A DNA stretch of 48,103 nt from Deltaproteobacteria bacterium (GTDB taxonomy: Bacteria; Myxococcota; SpSt-1050; JACRCP01). Made by a program: the position numbers and the translations under genes. Location: positions 1-48,103 of the forward strand of contig JACRCP010000396.1 of assembly GCA_016218965.1 (NCBI GenBank), in the 5' to 3' direction. Within the stretch, counting starts at the first letter, position 1. Every line of letters starts with the position of its first letter. Positions 25,748 to 36,100 of the stretch are shown piece after piece. The notes under the pieces were generated by a model. That model worked only from the letters and a program-made list of their open reading frames with translations, was not told the DNA's origin and did not search any database.

Positions 25748-27067
25748 ATGAAAGCCACCGCATTTGTCGGCGTGACGTTCTGCCTTGCGGCCCTTGCCTG
25801 CGGCGAGGGCGTGACTGAAAACAGAGCGGACGCGCCGGCGGGTCGCGACGCGGGCGGCGGGCGGGACGAGGAGACGAGGGACGAAGGGACGACGGACGCG
25901 GGCGCGCAGGACGCGTCGGAACCGTCCGACCGGTCCGACACGTCCGACAGGTCTGACCTGTCCGATGTGGGTGGGTTTGACGCGTCCGATGCGTCCGATC
26001 TGTCCGATCGGTCCGATCCGTCCGACGTTGCAACACCGCAGGACGCCGGCACCGACGCGGGGCCGCCGCTTCACTATCCCGGGAAGACATGGGACGAAAA
26101 GGACCCCGGCGAGGCAGGGCTGGACAGCGCCAGGCTCGACTCGTACAAGGGCTCCGTTCTCGGCAGGGGCTGCGTGACGCGGGGCGGGTACATGGTGTAC
26201 ACGTGGGGCGATCAGGCCGCCAGGGGCGACGTCGCGTCCGCCTGCAAGCCTTTCTTCAGCCACTTCCTGTTCACGGCGGTCGAGGAGGGGCTGCTGGAGA
26301 ACATTGACGTACCGGCGAGGCAGTTCGAGCCGAGGCTCGACGCTATCAACAAGGACCTGGGCTACAAGGACCGCGGGATACTCTTCCGCCACTTTGCCAC
26401 GCAGACATCGTGCTACGGCGTCACCGAGTCCCCCGGAACCGCCTTCGACTACAACGACTTCCAGATGGCCCTGTTTTTCGACACGCTGTTTCTCAAGGTG
26501 TACGGAAAAACCTACGACAACCTGGACGCCGACGTGTTCAGGGCACGCCTGTGCGACGTCATCGAGTGCGAGGACAGTCCCACCTTCTTTGCCTTCGGGA
26601 AGAACGACCGCCCCGGGAGAACCGCGATCTCGGTCCGTGACTTCGCGCGCTTCGGCCTGCTGTACATGCGCGGGGGGCGATGGAACGACCGTGAACTGAT
26701 CCCGGCCGACGTCGTGCTCGCCGCAACGACCAGCCCTCTGCCGAACGCGATCCCGAGGACAAACGGCGTCGAAGCCGAGATGATCGCCGGACAAAGGTCC
26801 CTGGGCTCGAACACGATCCCCGACAACCAGACCGACCACTACGGGAGCTACAGCTACCTGTGGTGGACAAACGGCGTGGATCGGGACGGGAACCGGCAGT
26901 GGCCCGACGCGCCGCTCGACACCTACGGCGCTTTCGGACACGGCGGGAAGCGTGCGATGGTGGTGATTCCCAGCCTGGATATCGTGACGAGTTGGAACGA
27001 CTCCGGCATCGACACGCCGGAGAAGGCAAATGAGGCGCTGAAAAGGCTCGTCGCGTCGGTGCAATGA
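25748..27067 (+). CDS. Lipoprotein, beta-lactamase/transpeptidase-fold serine hydrolase (class C / family VIII esterase-like)
   Basis: MKATAFVGVTFCLAALAC lipobox, an SD-repeat linker, and a catalytic domain with the S-x-x-K motif (ASACKPF) and a later Tyr/HGG region. Confidence 0.75.
   Translation: MKATAFVGVTFCLAALACGEGVTENRADAPAGRDAGGGRDEETRDEGTTDAGAQDASEPSDRSDTSDRSDLSDVGGFDASDASDLSDRSDPSDVATPQDAGTDAGPPLHYPGKTWDEKDPGEAGLDSARLDSYKGSVLGRGCVTRGGYMVYTWGDQAARGDVASACKPFFSHFLFTAVEEGLLENIDVPARQFEPRLDAINKDLGYKDRGILFRHFATQTSCYGVTESPGTAFDYNDFQMALFFDTLFLKVYGKTYDNLDADVFRARLCDVIECEDSPTFFAFGKNDRPGRTAISVRDFARFGLLYMRGGRWNDRELIPADVVLAATTSPLPNAIPRTNGVEAEMIAGQRSLGSNTIPDNQTDHYGSYSYLWWTNGVDRDGNRQWPDAPLDTYGAFGHGGKRAMVVIPSLDIVTSWNDSGIDTPEKANEALKRLVASVQ
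25915..26030. repeat. SD-repeat tract (D-x-S-D)n
   Basis: ccgtccgaccggtccgacacgtccgacaggtctgacctgtccgatgtg...gcgtccgatgcgtccgatctgtccgatcggtccgatccgtccgac, about 90% identical to 30283-30396. Confidence 0.6.
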
Positions 27068-28563
27068 TGGGCATCAGCAAAACCATTCCCGGGCTTGCAC
27101 TCGTGTTCCTGTTGCCCTCTGCGCCGGCGTGCTGGGTGGCCGGTTGCAGCTCAGGCACGGAAGAGGACCGGGCCGGAGACTCCGGAAACCCGAAGGTCAT
27201 GGACACCGAAGACTTCGACGCGGAAAGCGATTCGGACTCACATCCGGACGGGGGGGCGGACGCGGGGACGTCCCATGATGCGGGATTGCAGGACGGCGCG
27301 GGCGCTTCCGATACGGGGAATCTCGAGGATTCCGGGCGAGAGGATGCGCGCGTCGACGCCGGCTCGTACGACGCCGGTTCGGAAACGCCGGACGCGGGCT
27401 CCCGCTCCGGACCGCTTGTCCCCGACCCCGCGAACGCACGCTGGCTCAAATGGAAGAACGGCCCGCACACGTTCATATGCGGCCCCGGGGACCCCGAAGG
27501 CTTCCTGTACCGCGGCGCCCGTCTTGCCGACGGGACGCGCGACGGCGACCAGGACGAGATCATCTCGAAGCTTGCGGGGACGGGCGCCAACGGGATCTAT
27601 TTCCAGGCTGTGAGGTCCCACGGGGGCGACGGAGATTCAACGCACAACCCGTTTGTGGACGGCGACCCCGCCAAGGGATTGAGTGACCCGATCCTCGACC
27701 AGTGGGAGCGGTGGTTTGAGGCCCTCGACGAGGCGGGCGTCGCGATGTTCTTCTTCGTCTACGACGACAGCGCACGAATCTGGGACACCGGCGGCGCAAG
27801 CGGCGCCGATGAACGGGCCTTCGTTCAGGGCCTCGTGGGACGCTTCAGCCATCATCGCGGGATTGTGTGGGTCGTTGCGGAGGAGTACGCCGAGAGATAC
27901 GCGCCCGCGAGGGTATCGGCGATTGCGGCCGCCATCCGCGCCGCCGACGCAATGCACCCGATAGGCGTGCACAAGAACCACGGTCTGGACTTCTCCGAGT
28001 TCGCGACCGACCCCGGCATCGATGTCTTCGCCATCCAGTACAACGTGGACACAGCCGGCGAGCTTCACGCCGGAATGCAGAGTGCCTGGGACACCGCAGC
28101 GGGGAGGTACAACCTCACGATGTCCGAGGCCGCAAATCACGGCTCGGGGGACTCGGCGCGGAGGAAGAACTGGGCCGCCGCCCTGGGCGGCGCCTACGTG
28201 CTCGTGCTCGGAATGGACGTGGCCTCCACGCCTGTCTCCGACCTGGAGGACTGCGGGAGGCTGGCGCGCTTCATGGAATCGGCCGGTTTCGCCTCGATGT
28301 CGCCCCACGACGAGCTGTCGTTTGGCGCGACGGAATACGTGATGGCGGACCCCGGGCGGGACTACATCGTCTACGCGGCGGGAAATGGCGACCCCGGCCT
28401 GCGCGGGCTGGACGCGGGAACCTATCTCCTGCGCTGGCTGGACACCGTCACCGGCACGGAAAAGGAGGAGGAGGTCACGACCGCGGCGGGCGACCGCACG
28501 TTCACCCGCCCCGGCGGGCTGGGAACCGAGGTCGCATTGCACATCCGGCACCTGCCCGAGTGA
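27064..28563 (+). CDS. Lipoprotein, putative TIM-barrel glycoside hydrolase-like protein
   Basis: ATGA overlap with the upstream gene. Lipobox LLPSAPAC, a DAG-rich linker, and a core similar in layout to the 22233-23897 product (FFFVYDD, VVAEEYAERY). Confidence 0.7.
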   Translation: MMGISKTIPGLALVFLLPSAPACWVAGCSSGTEEDRAGDSGNPKVMDTEDFDAESDSDSHPDGGADAGTSHDAGLQDGAGASDTGNLEDSGREDARVDAGSYDAGSETPDAGSRSGPLVPDPANARWLKWKNGPHTFICGPGDPEGFLYRGARLADGTRDGDQDEIISKLAGTGANGIYFQAVRSHGGDGDSTHNPFVDGDPAKGLSDPILDQWERWFEALDEAGVAMFFFVYDDSARIWDTGGASGADERAFVQGLVGRFSHHRGIVWVVAEEYAERYAPARVSAIAAAIRAADAMHPIGVHKNHGLDFSEFATDPGIDVFAIQYNVDTAGELHAGMQSAWDTAAGRYNLTMSEAANHGSGDSARRKNWAAALGGAYVLVLGMDVASTPVSDLEDCGRLARFMESAGFASMSPHDELSFGATEYVMADPGRDYIVYAAGNGDPGLRGLDAGTYLLRWLDTVTGTEKEEEVTTAAGDRTFTRPGGLGTEVALHIRHLPE

Positions 28564-28577
28564 CCCGGCCGGGCAGT

Positions 28578-30023
28578 TCAGAATACGTAGTTGCAGGCCT
28601 TCAGGTTGCGGAAGACGGCCCCAGTTTCGTCGCCGCCGGCGCTTTCGCTCCCGAACCAGAGATAAGGGTCCGTACCGAGGGTGATGCCGCCGTACCCCTC
28701 GCTCCCCCACTCGACTCCATCCACCAGCAGGCGCACCTCGGCGCCGTCCCAGGTCACCTTGAGCTTGTGCCACTGTCCGTCGGACTGGTCCGGCAGCCGC
28801 TTCGTATCCATGCAGCAGAAGGCGCCCGCGAGGATCACACGTAGGTTCCCGCGCGGCTGCCCGCAGTCCGAGGCCATGTTGGCGAGCACCATCCTTGCCT
28901 TCTGGGGGTTCTCGCCCTCGTGGATGTTCAGGTTGAAGACGAACCGCTCGCACCCGTGGGTCCCCGACTCGAAGGGGATGATCCTTAGCAGGTCCTTTGC
29001 CTCAAACTCCATGGCGCCCTTGTCAAAGACTCCCGAAAGCGTCCGCTCGATGCGGTCCCCCGTACCGTCCACGGCGTAGCCCCCGTCTCGGAAGCTGCCG
29101 CCCTTGAACCTGAAGCCGGCGGCCTCGACCTCCTGCTGGCTCGACAGGGACGAGGAGTAACACACCTGATCGGGCTGGCACACGCCGCCCTCGTCGATCT
29201 GGTTGTTGCAGTCGTTGTCCTTGCCGTCACACACCTCCGGTTCGGGCGTGCACTGGACCGTGCCGGAGGTAATGGTGATGAAGTTCAATGCCGTGTCTTC
29301 GGTCCCGTCGCCCGCCCGGAGCGTCAGCCGGCCGTCCGTCACGGTGACAGGCAGGTCGTTGACGCGTATGAACTGACCCGCCGCCGACATGACGGAGTCG
29401 ACGGCAACCACTCCCTCGATTTCGATGCGGTTGGGCCCCTGCTCGAACTCGTCACCGCTGGCCAGCGAAACCTTGTAGTCACCGTTGGGAACCACGATCT
29501 CCCACATGTCCACAACGCCAATGCCCCCGGGGAACATTACCGTGTCCAGGATCGGGTCGCCCGTGACGTTCCGTTTTCGGGTCGCCGAGGTCAGGTCGCG
29601 GGACCACCCGCGCCCGCGTCCGTTGTCAAATGTCGAGCCGTCGTCGTGCTGCCACCCAGCGGGCGGCGAAAACCCCGGCGGCCCGAAGTTGATCTTGAGA
29701 TCGACGGGCTGCTGGGTGCCCGCATCTGTTCCCACGTCCGCCGCAACAGCGCCTCCATCATCGGTTCCCGAGTCCGCCACATCCCCCGAATCGGGTGCGC
29801 CTGCCTCCGGCGTTCCTCCCGCATCGTCTGGTGCCTGTGCGTCATCCGGGGCGCCCGTGTCCTGGTGCGCCTGGCCGGTGTCATTCTGCCCGCCGCCGCC
29901 ATCCCCCGAACCGCCCGTGTCAGGGGCAACAACACCTTTGTCGGACAACGCCCCGTTGTCCCCCGTGTCGTAGCAGGCGTAAAGCGCCAACATGCACGCG
30001 ACGGCCGCAACCCATCTGGTCAT
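28578..30023 (-). CDS. Lipoprotein with a malectin-like carbohydrate-binding region, a MopE-type CxDxxDxDCxxxxDE Cys motif and a ConA/LamG-like C-terminal domain
   Basis: ATG at 30023 with GGAGG RBS. Lipobox MLALYAC, motif CDGKDNDCNNQIDEGGVC, and C-terminus ...FRNLKACNYVF. Confidence 0.7.
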   Translation of the reverse strand: MTRWVAAVACMLALYACYDTGDNGALSDKGVVAPDTGGSGDGGGGQNDTGQAHQDTGAPDDAQAPDDAGGTPEAGAPDSGDVADSGTDDGGAVAADVGTDAGTQQPVDLKINFGPPGFSPPAGWQHDDGSTFDNGRGRGWSRDLTSATRKRNVTGDPILDTVMFPGGIGVVDMWEIVVPNGDYKVSLASGDEFEQGPNRIEIEGVVAVDSVMSAAGQFIRVNDLPVTVTDGRLTLRAGDGTEDTALNFITITSGTVQCTPEPEVCDGKDNDCNNQIDEGGVCQPDQVCYSSSLSSQQEVEAAGFRFKGGSFRDGGYAVDGTGDRIERTLSGVFDKGAMEFEAKDLLRIIPFESGTHGCERFVFNLNIHEGENPQKARMVLANMASDCGQPRGNLRVILAGAFCCMDTKRLPDQSDGQWHKLKVTWDGAEVRLLVDGVEWGSEGYGGITLGTDPYLWFGSESAGGDETGAVFRNLKACNYVF

Positions 30024-30111
30024 TGGCAACCTCCGCTCGAAACTCTCGAAACTCTCGCCATTGTACATGACCTCGCGATGTGCTTCAATGTGCGCCGAAA
30101 GGACCAAACGC
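30024..30111. promoter_or_regulatory. Second copy of the conserved divergent intergenic block
   Basis: CATTGTACATGACCTCGCGATGTGCTTCAATGTGCGCC matches 25690-25735. It is flanked by the conserved starts CATTGGCAAC (minus strand) and CATGAAAGCCACCGCAT (plus strand). Confidence 0.4.
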
Positions 30112-31875
30112 ATGAAAGCCACCGCATGTGTCGGCGTGATGTCGTGCCTTGCGGCCCTTGCCTGCGGCGGGGGCGTGACGGAAAACGGAGCGGACGTGCC
30201 GGTCGGGCGCGACGCGGGCGGCGGAGGGGACGAAGGGCCGACGGACGCCGGGACGATGGACGCGGGCGCAGAGGACGCGTCCGAGCCGTCCGACCGGTCC
30301 GACATGTCCGACAGGTCAAACATGTCCGATGCGGGCGGGTTTGACGCGTCCGATGCGTCCGATCCGTCCGATCGGTCCGATCCGTCCGATGTTGCCACGC
30401 CGCAGGACTCCGGCGCCGACGCGGGCGGTGGAGGGGACGAGGGGACGACGGACGCGGGTACAGACACGGGCGTGCAAGCCGACAGCGGGGCCGATACGGG
30501 GGTTGCAGATACGGGGGTTCCGGACGCCGGCAACGGTTGTGTCCCGGTGGACGTCCCCCCGAAGGTCGAAGATTCGACGCTCCCCGGCGAGAATCCGCCG
30601 GGGAAATCCGAGGCGCGCCTTCAGGGCTCGTTCCACGACGAGTACCTCTACGACTCGACGAACTACATCAAGATCGGCGTGCGGCGCGAGTGGGGCGGCT
30701 CGGTGATCTTCTTCGGCCTCGTCTCGGGCGGAGCGGGGATGAATGGAACCAACACCATAGACGCCAACGACACCGGCCGCGAGGTGCAGGTGGCGTTCTA
30801 CGACCCCGACCGGGCGATGCAGAACTGCGCGTGGAACGCCTCGTGCCGGACCGTCCCGACATCGTGCGCGCAGTCGATCACTTTCTTGGGCTGGGACCCG
30901 GTTCAGGGCGGGAACCGCTGCAACAACGGCTCGGGAGTCGACTCGGTGGCGAACGCAAACGGACTCCTGTCAGTCGTCACCACGCCGCTTTTCTGGAACC
31001 CCGACTGGGACCGCCAGGACTGCAACTCGGGCGGCTGCAGCGACCCGCAGAAGAAGTACCGCAAATCCGACGTGCAGGTGACGCAGCGGTTGAGGTTCGT
31101 CCGGACGCACGTTGTCGAGATCGACTACACCATTTCCAACCTCGCCGACTTCGACCACGCCGAGACCGCTCAGGAGATGCCCACGCTTTACTCGGCCAAC
31201 GGCGAAAACGGCCCCGACCTCTGGAAACTCGTGGACTCGAACGGCACGGAGGTCCCGATAGATCAGCCCGCGGGCGGCGACGGCTTCAACTACAAGAACC
31301 TCACCAGCCCAGGCGGCTGGGTGACCATGCAGAACACGGCCGAAGACTACGGAGTGGGGATCTACTACGAGAACCGTCTGTCGTCGTTCCAGGGCTGGCA
31401 GCTCCGCTCGCTCCCGTTCAACAACGTGCGCGCGATCTTCCCGTTCGCCATTCCCCCGCACGCATCGGTTCGCGCAAGGGCGTATCTCATCGTCGGCGGC
31501 TACGGCACGGTTTCGGCCGAGGCGGCCTGGCTCGACGCACACCTCGCGCCGTTCGGCTCGCTCGACGTCCCCTCGGCCGATGCGACGGTTTCGGGAGCGG
31601 TGGAGATCTCGGGCTGGGCGCTCGACAACAAGGACGTCACGTCAGTTGAACTGCTGGTAGACGGAAAACCGGCGGGCGCAATGACGTATGGCTCTGCACG
31701 CCCGGACGTCTGCAAGGTCTGGCCGCAGTACAGAAAATGCCCAAACGTGGGATACGGCGGGACGCTCGACACATCTTCGCTTTCGGCGTGCCAGCACCTC
31801 GTCGAGGCTGTCGCAGAAGATGCCGACGGGAACTCGCGCGTGATAGACCGGAAGAGATTCAGCGTTTCGAGGTGA
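30112..31875 (+). CDS. Lipoprotein of unknown function with an SD-repeat linker and a C-terminal Ig-like domain
   Basis: MKATACVGVMSCLAALAC lipobox. The N-terminal ~110 aa are a near-duplicate of the 25748 gene, and the rest is unrelated. Confidence 0.7.
   Translation: MKATACVGVMSCLAALACGGGVTENGADVPVGRDAGGGGDEGPTDAGTMDAGAEDASEPSDRSDMSDRSNMSDAGGFDASDASDPSDRSDPSDVATPQDSGADAGGGGDEGTTDAGTDTGVQADSGADTGVADTGVPDAGNGCVPVDVPPKVEDSTLPGENPPGKSEARLQGSFHDEYLYDSTNYIKIGVRREWGGSVIFFGLVSGGAGMNGTNTIDANDTGREVQVAFYDPDRAMQNCAWNASCRTVPTSCAQSITFLGWDPVQGGNRCNNGSGVDSVANANGLLSVVTTPLFWNPDWDRQDCNSGGCSDPQKKYRKSDVQVTQRLRFVRTHVVEIDYTISNLADFDHAETAQEMPTLYSANGENGPDLWKLVDSNGTEVPIDQPAGGDGFNYKNLTSPGGWVTMQNTAEDYGVGIYYENRLSSFQGWQLRSLPFNNVRAIFPFAIPPHASVRARAYLIVGGYGTVSAEAAWLDAHLAPFGSLDVPSADATVSGAVEISGWALDNKDVTSVELLVDGKPAGAMTYGSARPDVCKVWPQYRKCPNVGYGGTLDTSSLSACQHLVEAVAEDADGNSRVIDRKRFSVSR
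30283..30396. repeat. SD-repeat tract (D-x-S-D)n, paralogous to 25915-26030
   Basis: Direct comparison of the two tracts in sequence. Confidence 0.6.
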
Positions 31876-31893
31876 ACCGGAAAGGGGTGGCAC

Positions 31894-33093
31894 ATGGATT
31901 CCCGCGGAGTCGGGTACTGGTCCCTGCGGATCGTCCTCTTCTCCTTCTTCTCCCTGCTCACCGTTCCTTCGCCGCCCGCCCGCGCCGCCGGCGAGGAGTT
32001 CACGGTGCCGAAAGAGGAACCGAACACCGTGTTCACCCGCCGCTGGAACTGGGCCCACCCGCGCCCCGAGTACTACAGCACCACGCGCCACGGCGACTCG
32101 GGCGAGCCCAGGCTCGACGAAACGCGCGACCCCGACCAGAGCGCGCCGTACCTCTACATGGGATCGGCGACCGCCGTCTTCAACAACCTCCCTCCCGGCA
32201 AGTACGAGCTCTGGGTCTTCTACCGCAAGTCCACCAACCGTTCGCGAAACGTCCCGTGGAAGGTCACGACCGACGCGGCCACGAACAATACGGCAGGGGG
32301 AATCATTGACCAGTACGAGGACGTGGCGTGCTGCGGCGAGTGGTACCTCATCCCGGAAACGAGGAGCAATCCGATAGGCGTCCAGAGCTCGTTCACGCTC
32401 AAGTGGAGCGCCGACAAGGGCGATTTCCCGGAATACGACGGCCGCTCGGTCGCGTACGGCGGCGCCAGGGTCAGGCGTGTATCCGACGACCCCACCCCGC
32501 TCGACGGAGGCGTCGCCGACACCGGCGGCCCGGCCGGGACGTGCGCCGCCATCCGATCGACGCCGGGATTCGAGCTGTGTGTGGAAACCGAGACAACCTG
32601 CGCGGGGGTGTTCACCAACGGCGCGGGCTGCGCCGCGTATTGCGCAACGGCGAACATGGTTTGCACGGAAGCGTTCGGCGCCTCGCCGGGCTGCAACAAG
32701 GAGCTTGAGAACCCGCTTGAGTGCGCCGCGACCGAGGGCCACAACTCCGACTGGTGCGAGTGCGCGTATCCGCCGGGGTACGACGGAGGAACGAAGGACG
32801 GGGGGACGACGGACGAAGGGACGCCGGACGCGCCTGACGCGTCCGACATGTCCGACACGTCCGACCCGCCCGACGCTTTCGACGCGGGAACTTTCGACGT
32901 CACCGGCCTGTCTGACCTTTCAAGCGCGCCCGATGCGGCGGCATCCGACCGGTCCGAGCCGTCAGATCTGTCCGATCTGTCGGATGCCGCGCGCCAGCCG
33001 CCGGACGCTGGCGCGGCTGGCGGCGACGCCGGCGCCGAGCCGTTCGAGTACGACGCGTTGGGCTGCGGGTGCGTAACCGTGAGAATGAACTGA
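31894..33093 (+). CDS. Secreted protein of unknown function with a C-terminal SD-repeat region ending ...ALGCGCVTVRMN
   Basis: Signal peptide MDSRGVGYWSLRIVLFSFFSLLTVPSPPARAAG, with AAGGGG upstream. Cys-rich mid region (CAGVFTNGAGCAAYCATANMVCTEAFGASPGC). Confidence 0.65.
   Translation: MDSRGVGYWSLRIVLFSFFSLLTVPSPPARAAGEEFTVPKEEPNTVFTRRWNWAHPRPEYYSTTRHGDSGEPRLDETRDPDQSAPYLYMGSATAVFNNLPPGKYELWVFYRKSTNRSRNVPWKVTTDAATNNTAGGIIDQYEDVACCGEWYLIPETRSNPIGVQSSFTLKWSADKGDFPEYDGRSVAYGGARVRRVSDDPTPLDGGVADTGGPAGTCAAIRSTPGFELCVETETTCAGVFTNGAGCAAYCATANMVCTEAFGASPGCNKELENPLECAATEGHNSDWCECAYPPGYDGGTKDGGTTDEGTPDAPDASDMSDTSDPPDAFDAGTFDVTGLSDLSSAPDAAASDRSEPSDLSDLSDAARQPPDAGAAGGDAGAEPFEYDALGCGCVTVRMN
32838..33000. 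repeat. SD-repeat tract at the 3' end of the 31894 gene
   Basis: gcgtccgacatgtccgacacgtccgacccgcccgac...gaccggtccgagccgtcagatctgtccgatctgtcggat. Confidence 0.55.
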
Positions 33094-33115
33094 TGCGAAA
33101 ACGCGAGGAGGTTCT

Positions 33116-36100
33116 ATGACAAGTCCGAGCGTGACTCACCGCCCTGCTGTTGTTCGGACGGTGTCGTCCGGCGCGCTGAAAGCGCGGGAACTCTTGAGCC
33201 TGGGGCAACGCCCCAGGTACACGGGGCCGAAACCCGGCGAAGCCCTGAAGGGGCGAAACGTTCGAGTCAGCGGTTGCGATCCGACGAGTCTCGCCCTTTC
33301 AGGGCTCGCATCGCGATCCCAACCCCCACCCGGGGCGCTTCCCCGGGCTGAAGAATCTCGCGCCTTCAGCGCTCAGCCTCACCGTCCTCGCAGAAGAACC
33401 GCGGCGGGCGAACCCAGGACATTGAGCGGCCTTTTCCTGGCGGCTGCTGTGCTCTCCGCCCTTGCGGGCTGCGGCGGTCACGCCGGGGCGGCCGACGCCA
33501 AACAGGCGGGTGCCGACGCGGGCGGCGCGGGCGCCGCCGAGGAGGTTGCGCCGTTGAAGGTAATCAAGTGGACCGGGAAGTTCTCCGACGGCTGGAAGGA
33601 ATTCGACAAGCTCGCAAACGAGCAGAAGCACGAGAAGGCCTCGGAGCTTGTCGAAAAGATGCTCGAATCGGCCAAGTCGTCGAAAGACTCCGAGGAGTGG
33701 GTCCGCTGCCTCATCAAGTGGACGACCCTCCGTGTCGCGCTCCACGGGTACGAAACCTCCGTGCGCTTCCTGCGCGAACAGCCGTGGCCTGAAGACCTTC
33801 TGGGAAGCACGGTCCTGAACCTGTACTACGCGCGGACGCTCGTGACGTACGCCCACAGCTACTCGTGGGAGATCAACAAGCGCGAGCGCGTCGAGACGAA
33901 GGGCGTCGTGGACCTCAAGGCGTGGACCATGGACCAGATCTTTGCCGAGGCCCAGCGCGCGTACGAGGAGGTCTGGAAACACAGGGAACAGCTCGGCGAC
34001 CTGCCGGCAAAACACCTCTCGGAATACCTTGAACCCAACACGTATCCCGAGGGAATCCGGCCGACCCTCCGCGACGCCGTTTCGTACCTTCGCGTCGAGA
34101 TCCTCGCCGACACGCAGGGCTGGCGCCCCGAGCAGTCAAACGAGGTCTTCAGGCTCGATCTCAAAAACCTCCTGTCGGACGCTCCGGCCGCGAAAGACGG
34201 CAAGGTGTTCGACCTCGCCGACCCCGGTGTCCACCCGCTGGAAAAGATCGCCGCGATCCTTGCCGACCTCGAGCAATGGCACGCAAAAAAGGCCCGGAAG
34301 GAAGCGGCGTTCGAGGCACGACGGGAACGGCTGGAGAGACTCCACGCGAGTTTCACCGAAGACCAGGACCGCGCCCGAATCAAGCACGATCTCGAAAAAC
34401 GTCTGGGTGGCGTTTCGGGAAAACCCTGGTGGTCGATGGGGATGGCGACGCTTTCGACCTTCGTGCAGGCCGAAGACGCCTCCGACGCGCTGATACGCGC
34501 GCGCAAGATCGCCATCGAAGGCCGCGAGGCGTTTCCCGACTCGGTCGGCGGAAAGCGCTGCAATCACGTCGTCAAATCGATCGAGGCGCCGGACTACTCG
34601 CTTTCGGGCATGTCAAGCGACGGACCGAAGAAGCGATCGATCGAGGTGACGCACAAGAACCTCGGGGCACTGCACTTCCGGGCATACGCCGTGGACATCG
34701 TGAGACAGATAGAAACCGCCGACGACTACCGCATTTACCCCGGCTGGAAGGCGCTCCAGAAGATGGTCGAGTCGGGACGCCCGGCACACACATGGTCCGT
34801 CGAGCTTCCCGCGACACCCGACTACAGGATGCACGAAACGTTCGTGACGCCGCCAATGACCAAGTCCGGCTTGTACGTCGTCATGGCCTCGGCGCGGAAG
34901 GACTACGCGCAGGACGACAACAAGATCCTCGGACTCGACGTGGTCGTGACGGACCTCGTGATGGTGACCAGGCAGGAGGGCGGCGAGGTCGAGGTCACGG
35001 TACTTGACGGCCCGGCGGGGAAGCCGGTCCCGGGTGCCGAGGTGACTCTCTACAAATACGACTGGCGGAACAAGCACAAGTCGGTCGATTCCGAGACGAC
35101 CGATGCAAAAGGCGTGGTTCGGTTCTCGCGGAAATCGCAGGACGGTTCGTACTTCCTATTTGCAAAAAAAGGCGTTGAGGTCGCGTACGACCCGAACTAC
35201 CTGTATTTCTACCGCCAGCAGCCCGCGCCCGACCAGCACGCGACCCTCATCTTCACCGACCGGAGCATCTACCGGCCGATGCAAAAGCTCTTTTGGAAGG
35301 CCCTCGTCTATCACGGAAGGTACGACAGGGCGGACTACAAGATCGCTACTAACACCTCGGTGACGATCTCGCTCGTGGACCCGAACCACCAGACCGTCGA
35401 GACAAAGACCGTGACGACCAACGCCTACGGCACGGCGTCGGGCGAGTTCACGATCCCGACCGGACGCATCCTGGGCCAGTGGCACCTGCAAAGCTCGCTC
35501 AACGGGACCGCCTACGTCCGCGTCGAAGAGTACAAGCGCCCGACGTTCGAGTCGAAGTTTCTGGACCCCGCAAGCGCCCTCCGCCTCAACAAGCCCGCGA
35601 CTCTAAAGGGCGAGGCCCGGTACTACTTTGGTCTGCCGGTGACCAACGGCGCGGTCAAGTGGCGCGTCACGCGCGAGCCGGTCTATCCGTGGTGGTGGGG
35701 TTGGTACTGGTGGGCCGAATCCCGCCCGGCGGCCGCGAAGATCCAGACCGTGGCGACCGGCACGGCCGCGCTGAAGGAGGACGGCACGTTCACGTTCACC
35801 TTCACCCCCGAAGCCGACGAGCGCGGCGCCGAGTCGAAGCACCTGACCTTCCGGTACGCCGTCACCGCCGACGTCACCGACGAGGGCGGCGAGACGCGGT
35901 CCGCGTCAAAATCCTTCAGGCTGGGCTTCGTCTCCGTCGAGGCCGCAGTGAGGATGGAAACCGGGTTCCTGATGGAAGGGCAGACGGGCGATCTCACGGT
36001 GCTTCGGACGAATCTCGACGGCGTTCCCAAGGCCGGCAAAGGCGCGTGGAAGCTTCTGGCGACGAGCGGCCCCAAAGAGGCCCTCACGCCGGCCGAACAA

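Noticed and set aside
25654-26052. N-terminal SD-repeat extension of the minus-strand ORF 23935-26052 (similarly 30024-30533 for ORF 28578-30533)
   Set aside because: The SD repeats are the reverse-complement shadow of the plus-strand gene's linker. A strong internal start with an RBS and a signal peptide exists at 25653 (and at 30023 for the second ORF), so the extensions are not coding.
25721-28953. Minus-strand ORFs 25721-27064 and 27637-28953
   Set aside because: Antisense to the beta-lactamase-like and glycosidase-like lipoprotein genes. No motifs.
33116-33421. Separate small upstream ORF or leader peptide ahead of the A2M lipoprotein signal
   Set aside because: It lies in the same frame as the A2M ORF with no intervening stop, so it cannot be called as a separate gene. 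Kept as a start-site ambiguity of the A2M CDS.
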